Assembly (NCBI GenBank): GCA_963514005.1
Contig: OY740811.1
Location: forward strand, 27,714,001-27,778,000
Reading direction: 5' to 3'
DNA: 64,000 nucleotides
Origin: Raja brachyura
Lineage: Eukaryota
In this document: in pieces, positions 53,904-64,000 of the stretch
Position numbering within the stretch: the stretch's first letter is position 1
Layout: every line of letters starts with the position of its first letter
Made by a program: the position numbers and the translations under genes
The notes under the pieces: model-generated
The model's database searches: none
Seen by the model: only the letters and a program-made list of their open reading frames with translations
Told to the model about the DNA's origin: nothing

Positions 53904-55012
53904 GTAAGTGTCACCAGGGTACAGGATTCCATATGCAACAGATTGATGTTATTGTAGGACTGGTGGTTGGGATGTATGTGCCCAGGTAGAAATATTGTTT
54001 TGATAGAAATTACTGTGTAATGAGTCAGTGTCACTTATAACTAAAATAAACCTTTCAACGACTCAATTGGAAATTGCCAGTGAAATCAGAATTGATGAAT
54101 GGGGGCGGGTATTCGGATGAAGTCAAAGTCAATTTTATTAGTCACATGAACTTTTAAAGCCAAAACAAAATGAAGGATGTCAACCATTAAAACAGGTTGC
54201 ACAGGAATGATTCAGTGGTGGTTACTGAAGACAAGTCCAGTGGTTACTCTTATCAGACTTGTGCCATAGCCACCCAGGCAGTACCCAGGTTACGCAAGGG
54301 TTCCAATACAGAGAACTGACCATAAACGGAATTTTCCCATAAGTCTAAAACAAATAATTTACCCCAATACTATAATATGTGTAGATGTTACAATCTTTGA
54401 TGTATGGACTTAGAAAGTCATAATACCTTGGCAGCAGCTTGGCTGCAAATTTTGTTTGGAAGTATAATGATTAATTGAATACCCATTTTAATAAGTCCTC
54501 CATAATTGTACTGCTGAGTTTAAACTATCGACAACTTCTGATCCCAGTCTAAACTGAGAATTTCTACAGGAAGGGTTTGTGAATGTGTTTCATCTGGAGT
54601 AGAAATATTGTTTTTTTTTCTTGTAATATTTCCATTTCCCTTGATTACAAGGTGCAGGATGAGCAGCATCCTCACATTTCTATGTATACAACATGTACAT
54701 TCATTTCACTGGTGTGCGTTATTGACAAGGGCAGAAATCACTCTATGGTTTGGGAGGAAATGTTCAGTGCACTTTTTAGGTTGCAGTGATCTTTTTTCAA
54801 AGGGATGAACCTAAGCCAAACTTAATTTTGACATGGGAAAACATGTGTAAAGTTGGATCTCTGCAAGTCAGGTCGTCTGTAACCTGGGGACTGCCTGTAC
54901 TGTGAAGGGTTGTAAGGTGCATCTTTATATAAGTTCTGAACAGGCATATAATAACTTCTTTTGAAATGCTATTTGCAAGTCCTTTGATTCTTGATCCTTC
55001 TGATTTTAATAG

Positions 55013-55202
55013 GGCAGATATCGAGAAAATGAAAAAGGATCGTGAGGAGTTAATGTTAAATCTACAGCTTTTGGAGAGCAAACACAACCAGCAGCAGGAC
55101 CAGGAGGACATGGAAAGTATTCAGAACAGCTTGAGTTACCAGGAGAAGCTGGAGGAACAAATCACCAATGAGAAGCAAACTATCAAGGATCTGGAAGTGG
55201 AG
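55013..55202 (+). CDS. ODAD1: ODAD1/CCDC114 coding exon 3
   Basis: Coiled coil ADIEKMKKDREELMLNLQLL...IKDLEVE; phases 2/0 fit. Confidence 0.88.
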
Positions 55203-55309
55203 GTGAAGATGTGGCTTATAATTGGCATTGATAGCAAGGAAATTGAACTTCTGTTGGAAATGAAATCTAAGCCAGGATGCCCAGAGGTGGGAGATTTATT
55301 TACAATAGA

Positions 55310-55560
55310 ACATACAACAGTAGAGCACAGTTGCAGACCCTTCTTCCCACAATGTCCATGCCAAACATGATGACAAGATAAACTAATCTCCTCTGCCCAC
55401 ATGTAGTTCATATCCCCCATTCCCTGTATATCCATGTGCCTATCTAATAACCTCTTCAACACTGCTATCGTATCTGTCTCCACTGCCACCCCTGGCACCC
55501 ACCACCTTCTGTGTAAAAAACCTTGTCCTGCATATCTCCTTTAGACTTTGACTCTCTCTA
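55310..55560 (-). mobile_element. CR1 LINE 3' end
   Basis: RTRFFTQKVVGA / VETDTIAVLKRLLDRHMD on the minus strand, with a CR1-type 3' UTR. Confidence 0.75.
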
Positions 55561-55984
55561 TTTGATTCTACTTCCTGATTTACTATCCGCAACAGGAGAA
55601 TAATTTCAGGAAATAAAAGTTTGTCAGCAAAATACTGCTCCAGGCCCACAGAATTGCTGCGTTGGGGTGGGACTAGATAGACAATGCACAATGCAAGGAG
55701 AATTTGAACCGGGCCCAAGTTATGAATCTGGGGGAGATGCCGCCGCTGGTGAAGTGAACATTCCTAATCGTCATGAGTCCACAAAGGAGTGTTTAACACT
55801 TCAATTGTCAGGGCCTGATTATATTAATACTGCTTCTGCAGGGATTTCTGCTGTCTAGACTCAGGAAGGATTAGACCCCATAGACATAACTGGACTTCAT
55901 TTGTTGCTTGTCTTCGGTAATAGAAGTTTGCATGCTTGGATAATCAGGTCTGCTAAATTTGGCATATCTGAGAACAGTGCAGAT

Positions 55985-56820
55985 TTAGAACATAGAACAG
56001 TATAGCAAAGGAACAGGCCCATCGGCAGACAATGTTTGTGCCGAACATTTTAAGTTAAACTGAACTCATCTGCCTGTACATACTCCATATGGCCCTATAA
56101 TCATTGCACTTCCATGTGCCTATCTAAATGCCTCTGAAGTGGCACTTTCATATCTGCCTCAACCACAGCCCGTGGCAACGTGTTGTACACCCCTACTACT
56201 CTCTGTGTAAGTAAATTGCACCACACATCTCCATTAAACTTTGAACTTTATAGCTATGACCTCTAGTGTTGGACATTTCTACCCTGGGAAAAACTGTTCT
56301 GATTGTCTACTCTAGCTGTGCCTCTCATAATTTTATATATTTCTATCAAGTCTCCCCACAACCTCCAACGTTCCAAAGAAAACAAACCAAGTGTATCCAA
56401 CCTCTCCCATATCTGAAACCATCTAATTCGTGCAGCGGTCTGGTAAACCTCGTCTGCACCCTCTCCAAAGCCTCTACATCTTCCCTGTAATGAGGCGACT
56501 GAAGGTAAGTATACTGTATGCTTTCTTAACCACCCAGCTTCTGCCAGCTTCGGTAAGCAATTAATTTGGACTCCAAGATACCTCTGCACATCAATGCTGT
56601 TCAGGGTCTTGTCATTAACTGTGTGCTCTCTGCGTACATTCAATCTCCCAAAGTACAACACCTCACCCTTGCTTGGGTTAAACTCTATCTGCAATTTCTA
56701 CGCCCATTTCTGCAGCTGGTCTATATCTCCTTTATCCTCTGACACCATTCATCGCTGTCTGTAACTCCTCCACTTTAGTGTCGTCAGCAAACTTACTCAC
56801 CAATCCATCTACATTTACCT
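55985..56820 (-). mobile_element. CR1 LINE RT/3' fragment
   Basis: MQIEFNPSKGEVLYFGR...QRYLGVQI...LGLFSLERWRLWGDLIEIYKIMRG; tail at ~55986 (tagaacatagaac on + strand). Confidence 0.88.
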
Positions 56821-57732
56821 GCTCCTCGTTAACTGTTTCTGCTGGATGCTCAAAATCCTTCAGTGTATCATGTGCAGCAGAGCTCCAGACCTCACCAGTG
56901 ATAATTCTTCATGGAACCGAACACTACGAGTGATGCAGGAATGTTTTATTTGTACAAAACACATCCTGCTATTGCTGTTGCTCATGTAATTTACAGACAG
57001 ATCGTTAGCTTAAATTCTGGCTTATTTCCCCTCGGGAACAATGAGGCTATCAGATGCTTGTTAAGTTTAGTTGCTGTGACCCACCTATGGGCTAAACGCT
57101 GAGACTTTGCCCAGTGGTTCAGTTACATAGTGACCACATCAATCACTAAGATGTCATGATACATCATACTTCACTTGCCTCTTGTAAATTTGCTTTACAT
57201 TGTCTCCCAACGGATTTGTCGGTGACACAAGAAACTGCAAATGCTGGAATCTGGAGTAAAACCAAGCTGCTGGAGGAACTGCCTGGGTCAGGCAGCATCT
57301 GTGGAGGGAAATGGACAGACGATGTTATGGTTAGGGACCCTTCTGACTGATGTAATCATTTGTTGCTGAGCTGTTCAAAGGTAGCCCTGTCTTAGAACTG
57401 GTGCTCAGAAACCTGCCAATCTTCTTGTATCATTCTCCAATCCCTTGTTTGAACACCAGCATCCCTTCCAAAAATAGAATATCCTGTGGGTGTAGAAACA
57501 TACCATAATATTCTGTAGCTTCTTGTGATTTGTATATTTCAATGTCTGTGGATGTGAATCTCCATGACTGTGAGGACATGGATGTGTATCCGTTTGAGCG
57601 TATGTATGTTTGTGGGTACCTCTGACTGCACGCCTGCATATATGTGCTCACATTCACACACAAATGGGAGTGTGTATCTATATCAATAAACATTTCTTGT
57701 AAATTCCTTTTGTTTAAATCTTTTCAATACAG

Positions 57733-57855
57733 ATAAAGGTCTTGGAGCAAAAACTCTTTGAGCAGAAGAAGAGGTTGTGTAAAGGTGTTAACGTTAAAGC
57801 AATGAATGAACAGGTGGCGAAGAGCATTGGGATCATGGAGGACCGTCAGTACAGG
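57733..57855 (+). CDS. ODAD1: ODAD1/CCDC114 coding exon 4
   Basis: IKVLEQKLFEQKKRL...KSIGIMEDRQYR; AG/GTAAGA; 123 nt, phase 0/0. Confidence 0.87.
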
Positions 57856-58594
57856 GTAAGAATTCCCAGAGTGTGAACAAGTAGGTGAAGGCCAATAATC
57901 TGAATGTTCTTAAAGTGACTGGCATAGACTCTTTGGGCCAAATGGTCTCCTTCTGCGCTGTAACAAATCCATGATTCAACTCCCATGCAGAAAATACTGC
58001 TGATGTGAATTTAAAGGATGACAGGAGCAATGGCCACAAATGGTAGCAATCTGCTCAGTTGCAATGTGGTTATAGAGGGACTGCTTTTAAATTCTCAAAT
58101 TGAATCTCTTTCTCTTCTTTTTAATCTCGTATTGCATCTAATTGAGCTTCGGTTTCGGTGGGCTTGGGCACTTTCATGCCTGGCCTTGGCATGAATATTT
58201 GCAGAACTGCACAGAAGGTGTGACAGCTGTGTACCGAATTGAAAAATAAATAGATAATTCTGGAGATGAATATCAATGTGAATCCAGATTACTTTAGCTA
58301 ATTAGTTTTGAACTTTAATGAACACTCCAGATCAGTTACCAACTGATCTAGGATCCCTAATGTTATGCGCAGAGCTGCATTAAGAGGCATTGTGGAACCG
58401 AGGCTCTCCTTAAGCATGTTGTGACTTTTATTTTAACTAAAGGCACTTTCTTGTTCTTATTCAGTCCTCATCCCACTTTGAGTTTCGAGGTTAACTTGCG
58501 TTCTGAATACCTAACCTATCAGGTCAAAAACCTAAAAAAAAGAGATTAAATATACAGTTTGTAGAAACAACAAATTACTAATGGTAATTTACCA

Positions 58595-59500
58595 AAAAAC
58601 ACACAAAGTGCTGGAGTAACTCAGTGGGTCAGGCAGCATCTCTGTAGATCGTGGATAGGTGATGTTTTGGGTCAGGACCCTTCTTCAGACTGATTGTAGC
58701 AGAGGCAGGGCAGGAAAGGTAGAAGAGAGAAAGGTGGGGGGGGGGGGGGGGGGGTTGATAGGCAGATGTTTGGACAGAGGCCAGGGATGAAAAGATAGAA
58801 AGTATGAGACAACAGGATTAGAGTTGTGAATTGTGAAGCTAGAGAAAAGAATGCAGTTGGAAGGGGAGAAATCGGTTTGGGTCCTGGTGGTTTGAGGGCA
58901 AAGAGGGGGAGGAAAAAAAGGTGTGGAGGGATGGGGGGGTTGTAGTTACCTAAAATTGGAGAATTCAATTTGTTGGTTTGGAAGCTATCCATATGGAACA
59001 TAAGATGCTGTTCCTCCAGTTTACATGTGGCCTCACTCTGATAATGGAGGACCAGGACAGAAAGGTCAATAGCAAGAAGAGTTAAAATGGTTAGCAACCG
59101 GGAGATCCAATAAGCCTTGGCAGACCGAGATCGGTGAAATAGTCTTTGAGTCTACACTGTGTCTTACTCATATACAGGAGGCTACATTGGGAACACCAGA
59201 CGCAGTAGGATTGCTGGGCTCCCTGGATGGACGCGAGGGAAGAGGTATAGGGACAGGTGTTACATCTCCTGCGATTGCAAACAAAGGAACCGGGGAGGGG
59301 GTGGTTTGAGTGGAGAGGGGTGAGTGAACCAAGGATTGCAGAGAGGGGTCTCTGCAAAAAAGGGGTGAAAGTGGGAAGATGTGACTGGTGATGGGATCAC
59401 GTTGAAAGTGACAGAAATGTTGGAGAATAATGTGTTGGATGCAGAGGTTTGTGGGGTGAAAGGTGAGGACTCTATTATTTTTCTTGTGGGAGAGGGACAG
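58595..59500 (-). mobile_element. Penelope-like element (Cys-linker plus GIY-YIG endonuclease) 3' fragment with terminal repeat
   Basis: LTFHPTNLCIQHIILQHFCHFQRDP, PGSFVCNRRRCNTCPY, CSQCSLLYMSKTQCRL, QSEATCKLEEQHLMF across frameshifts, followed by a terminal repeat with a hammerhead-like core at 58661-58692. Confidence 0.85.
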
Positions 59501-59551
59501 TAGTCTCATCATTTTAAATAATTTGCAGAAATTATTCTCCCCCATTTACAG

Positions 59552-59665
59552 GCACTGAGGAAATTCAATACCCAGCTGATGAGAAATGGACAGCTGAGGG
59601 AACAAATTGACATACTGCGTGTTGAGCGCTCAAGGTTTGAGCAACTCTACAGGAAGCTGGAAAAA
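59552..59665 (+). CDS. ODAD1: ODAD1/CCDC114 coding exon 5
   Basis: ALRKFNTQLMRNGQLREQIDILRVERSRFEQLYRKLEK, a family motif; AG/GTAAGG. Confidence 0.9.
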
Positions 59666-60508
59666 GTAAGGATTAAAATAATTTTGCTCCATAGTTTATA
59701 TATTATCTTATGCAGGAACGTGTCTCCTCGAGCTCAGGGTCTAACGTGACTGCAGCCCAGAATCAGAGGCTTCACAAATGTAATTTACAATTCTCATGGG
59801 AGTGCGTAGATCCTCACCATTCTGCATGCTGAAAACATACAGTATGTTGCTGCAGAAAATTGGAAAGGTGATTCTTTGTTTTTCAATTTCCTCTTCTGTG
59901 GCACTCAGGATATTAGCATTTATCCATCCCAATTGGTAGTATATGAAGCCTTAACATAGTGGAAGAAGATAAATTGTGTGGACAATCTGGAAGATAGCCA
60001 TTTACGTCTTGGGTGAGTCCACAAGGTGTTAAACTTACTAAATTTGGTTTCACGGTTTTTGAGAGTGGGGTTTAAACACTCTTATCTCCGGTTTCTTCAC
60101 TAGATTTACTTAGTGGGATCCCAAACTTACCTTTGCTCCTGTGGACATCTAGCAGCTGACTATTTTCTGTGCAGATCACGATGCCTTATCAGAACAATTC
60201 CGCATACATTTGACAGCACACCTAGGCGTGAATAACTCCAGGCAGGATCAGGTTCAGAACATAAATTGGAGGCTGCGGAAAGGAACTAAATCACACAGAA
60301 TTTTTTTAAAAAGGCCAATCTGAATGAGTGGTGCGAGACTCTCAAGCTGAATGGCCTTTTCTTATCCCTTGTTCCTTTGATTGTTGGTTACTCACTAATT
60401 GAAGCTGCAGTGAAGCTGCTGTAATTATATAAAGGAAATCTAATATTTCGTAACCCCAGTGCATCATCTAACACCAGACATTTGATGTACCTCTCTCACT
60501 TTGAATAG

Positions 60509-60576
60509 GAACTTCTTGAGACTCGGAAGGAAATCGGTTCCGTGATTGACATTTCGACAGCCGCCTATGATGCCAG
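60509..60576 (+). CDS. ODAD1: ODAD1/CCDC114 coding exon 6
   Basis: ELLETRKEIGSVIDISTAAYDAR; phases 0/2 fit. Confidence 0.88.
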
Positions 60577-61516
60577 GTGATGAGATTGTGCATCAGTGAC
60601 ACTCTTCGCAGCTCATTTTCCCTCATCTCAATTAGCAGCTCCAAGCAGCCTTCTGAAATATTTCACCACAGCAAGACAGGGTGATTTCTCAATAGTGGCA
60701 TGCTGGAAACCAATTTATTATTCCTTGAGTTACCTGGAATTAAATATGCATGCATAGTGAATACCAGACAAAATGCAGTTGATGAACCATCTCTAAGGTT
60801 CCCCATCCCAAACAGTCCATTAACCCGTCCGCCATCTTCCTCGTGTTATTTTATGTATCCTTTTGAGGTTTTCTGTGGCACCAGAAGTTATTTATGTTTC
60901 AGTGTTCTAATGTGATATCAAGGAAACTAAAATACAAAGGACAAAACTGTCCCCACTTAATCCTCTGCAGGTTTAATCAATTAAAGTTGTAGCATAAGGA
61001 CCAGCAAGGTTATGGGTCATCATCTGTGCTGAGTTAAATGCTTTTAGACTGAAATGTGATAATTGGCCTCAGCACACGAAAGGCTGAATCAGGAAACAGT
61101 AAGACAGAACCTTAGTTTTGAAAGCTATCTAGTGATTCCTGAATGCCAGCAGATTCCTAATGACTATATGATATGAATAGATCTGACTTGGTTGTGAGAT
61201 TCACTTTGGTGCAATAGCCCAGTAACTCCCCTTGTCTAGACAAAAGTGGGTGATGTAGGCTAATAAACCATTTAATAATATCAACCATCGCCACAAAGCA
61301 TTGATTGCAGTAAGGTTCCAATCGGCTGAAATAAGGTTTTCCATTTCTTTCTCAAATAAATACACCTTTGAATACTGGTCTTGTCAGCAGCAACAAAGTC
61401 CCGAGATGGATGCGGTCAAAGATACTCATGGAATCTAATTCTGGCATAGACTGAAGAAAATATTTCCCTCTGTTGTTCAGGTGGCATTAAGTAACATCTA
61501 TCTAATCTGTTTCCAG

Positions 61517-61704
61517 GGATGAAGCACAGACAAAGATGCTTCAATTGAAGGAGAAGGCAGAGAAGGACCTGGCACTGCATGCAGCCGAGATGAAAGAACT
61601 TCAGCGAGTCATTGACCATGATAAAAAGCTGAAGGAGTTCATGGCAACTAAAGCTCAGGAGCGCTCTGGTGAAGATGAAGCTTTATATGGCATCTACAAG
61701 AAAG
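61517..61704 (+). CDS. ODAD1: ODAD1/CCDC114 coding exon 7
   Basis: DEAQTKMLQLKEKAEKDLALHAAEMKELQRVIDHDKKLKEFMATKAQER...YKK; CCAG/GTAAAA. Confidence 0.9.
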
Positions 61705-62452
61705 GTAAAAATGATAATAAAATAACATTGCCTGAGCGATGCTTGCATGACAGACAAACATTTTTATTACTCATTCTCAGGATGTTGGTGTCAAAGGGAA
61801 TGCCAGCCAGTTAACTGCATTTGCCAAATACCCTGATTATAATACAACTGGGGGTCTCAATAACACACTTCAGTTAGAATTTAAAAATAGTGGTGCGGCA
61901 CTGGATCAAATAAAGGACACGTAGAGAAGACCACATGTTTCCATCCCTAAAATTAATTTGTGAATGAGTTGGGAATTAAGCAAGCCAATAAGGTTTGCAG
62001 TCACATATGCTGACATCACATTAAAAAAAAAACTGAATCGAATTTCTCATAGTGCCCAAATGAGATTTGAACTTGTTTCTGGATTCCACGTCCAATAATG
62101 TATGTTAAATCCTCTGTGGTAGATCAGCTAGAGTGGCACATGACACTATGACACCCTGTGTTCCTGCTTCAACTGGAATACATAAGGCACATTAAGTTAT
62201 TTACTCAAGAACATTTGTCTCAAGCGGCAATTTGAGGAGTGCATCTTGAGACTCAGAGACAATTTATACTTAATTGATCATCTGGTCAATGGAGTCTGTG
62301 TGGAAAGTTGGGAAATCTAAGTAAATGCAATAGTGCAGCACAAATTTTACTGGTCTGTTTAGGAGCTCTGATCCTTTCTTATGGAAGTTTGAGTGGACAT
62401 TGAGGACAACGAGATCACATAAATGTACACATACTCTCTTATAATGTTATAG

Positions 62453-62587
62453 ACCAGGATAATGCCGCGAGAAAGAGAAAAGACCCAAAGGAGGAGACTA
62501 TGGAGATGTATGAGGCTGTCTTCCAGCAGATCCGTGCACTCACAGGGGAGGACAACTTGGATGCACTGGTCGCAATGTTTGTTGAAG
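62453..62587 (+). CDS. ODAD1: ODAD1/CCDC114 coding exon 8
   Basis: DQDNAARKRKDPKEETMEMYEAVFQQIRALTGEDNLDALVAMFVE; donor GTAAGT. Confidence 0.9.
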
Positions 62588-62749
62588 GTAAGTAAATACT
62601 TTCAGCCTTCCAATTGTGAGGAGAAAGATTTGATCTATGTACCAGGTTCAAAACAAAGCATGATGGTGGGAATGGGGAAAGTGCAGAGGAGTGAGGAGAG
62701 GTGGTTGGTGAGAGAGGGAGGTGGAGTTTGGGGCAAGTTGGAAGTGATA

Positions 62750-63070
62750 CTGATTTATTAGGGATTGAAAATTACGAGAGGCACAGACAGGGTATACAAT
62801 CAGAACCTTTTTCCCAGGATTGAAATGTCAAATACTAGAAGACTAAAGTAAGAGGAGCAAAGATTAAAGATGTGTGGGGCTTGTTTTTAACACAATGGGT
62901 GGTGGGTGCCTGGAATGTGCTGCTAAGGGTGGTGGTGGAAGCAGATTCGATAGTGGCGTTTAAGAGGCTTTTAAATAGACACATGGATATGTGGAAAGAT
63001 GTGGATCATGTACAAGATTAGTTTATCTAGACATCATGTTCGGCACAGATATTTATGGTCAAAGGCCCAA
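62750..63070 (+). mobile_element. CR1 LINE 3' fragment
   Basis: Matches, in sense, the 55310-55560 and 55985-56350 copies (gtgggtgcctggaatg...gtttaagaggcttttaaatagacacatggat). Confidence 0.75.
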
Positions 63071-63239
63071 GAAATTAAGGGATTGTGATTCTGATTTTAG
63101 CAACACTGGCTTTGTTTAATAATGTGGAAATGGCACCCTGAAGGATTAAGACGCCATAAATTCATTAAATTAAAAGATCAGATAGCGTACCTTTTCTGAT
63201 TTTAACTTCCAGATTGTGATGGTGTTTTTTCTCCCATAG

Positions 63240-63322
63240 TGGAAGATCGTAACTTTGCACTGTTTAATTACATCAATGAGCAGAACAGTGAAGCTGAGAA
63301 ACAGCAGGAGGAGATTGCGGAT
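63240..63322 (+). CDS. ODAD1: ODAD1/CCDC114 coding exon 9 (gene continues beyond window)
   Basis: VEDRNFALFNYINEQNSEAEKQQEEIAD, the hallmark ExxNFAxFNxxNEQN motif; donor GTAAGT. Confidence 0.92.
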
Positions 63323-64000
63323 GTAAGTCAACTGAATCAAATGTTCTTCAGAAACCCAGGTTGCAGGGGAGACGCTGACAATACTGGGCACCATTTTACT
63401 AGCAAAGAATGGAAGATGAGGTGAATTAGAATTTGGGGATGCGAGGACCATCCTTGGGTTTCAAATGTTGCAGATTGAAGGAGATAAGATACTGTTTTCT
63501 GATCCTGAGATAGAAACAGTTTAAGCAAATGATTGGTGAGCTTTGATTTCAACATATTGAATATTCAACATATTACATATGACTCACTTATGCAAGAGGT
63601 TCATTACAGTAGGTAATTAACCTATGAAGATGTCTTTAGGATATGAGGAAACCAGTGCATTTGGTAGAAACTCACAATGGAGTCCAGGGAGAATAAGCAA
63701 CTGCCTATGTAAGCCTGAGATCATGATCGACCCTGAATCATAATGTCATGGTGTTCTACAGAACAGAAACAGGCTCTTTGGCCCACCATGCCCTTGCCAA
63801 CTATTAAGTACCTATCTATACTAATCCCATTTCACTGCACTCCACCCAGGCATTTTATTCATCCACCCTCTGGGTGAATTTATTTCCCCTCAAATCCCCA
63901 CTAAATCTCCTACTAGGCTGTGGGCCGAGCATCAAAAATGTGTCTAGAAATAAACTTTCGTGACCCATGTCTCAGAACTACATTAAATTTTGCACAGATT

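Noticed and set aside
54966-55370. Standalone 134-aa ORF (likewise 61536-61814 and 63239-63424)
   Set aside because: ODAD1 exons read through into flanking intron sequence.

Overview
Vertebrate genomic DNA, most likely a cartilaginous fish such as a skate or ray (inferred from the repeat families). Two protein-coding genes lie on the + strand. (1) Positions 1-46366 hold the 3' part of a giant MUC3/MUC12/MUC17-type membrane mucin. It has one exon of more than 30.6 kb made of about 21.3 near-identical 1425-bp (475-aa) Ser/Thr-rich repeats ending in an EGF domain, then eight small exons encoding SEA (G|SIII cleavage motif), a second EGF region, a TM helix and a cytoplasmic tail. All splice phases join without stops. 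(2) From about 53.6 kb lie the first nine coding exons of the outer dynein arm docking gene ODAD1/CCDC114, preceded by a candidate ciliary promoter near 49.7-50.0 kb. Introns contain a decayed BEL/Pao LTR retrotransposon with a nested CR1 insertion, many CR1 LINE 3' fragments, Penelope-like (GIY-YIG) fragments with decayed hammerhead ribozyme motifs, a MITE and a Rex/Babar-like LINE end. I found no clearly new biological system. The most notable features are the size and three-tier structure of the mucin repeat and the duplication/conversion history readable from its variants. Element boundaries were read by eye and are approximate; family assignments come from recalled motifs, not database searches.
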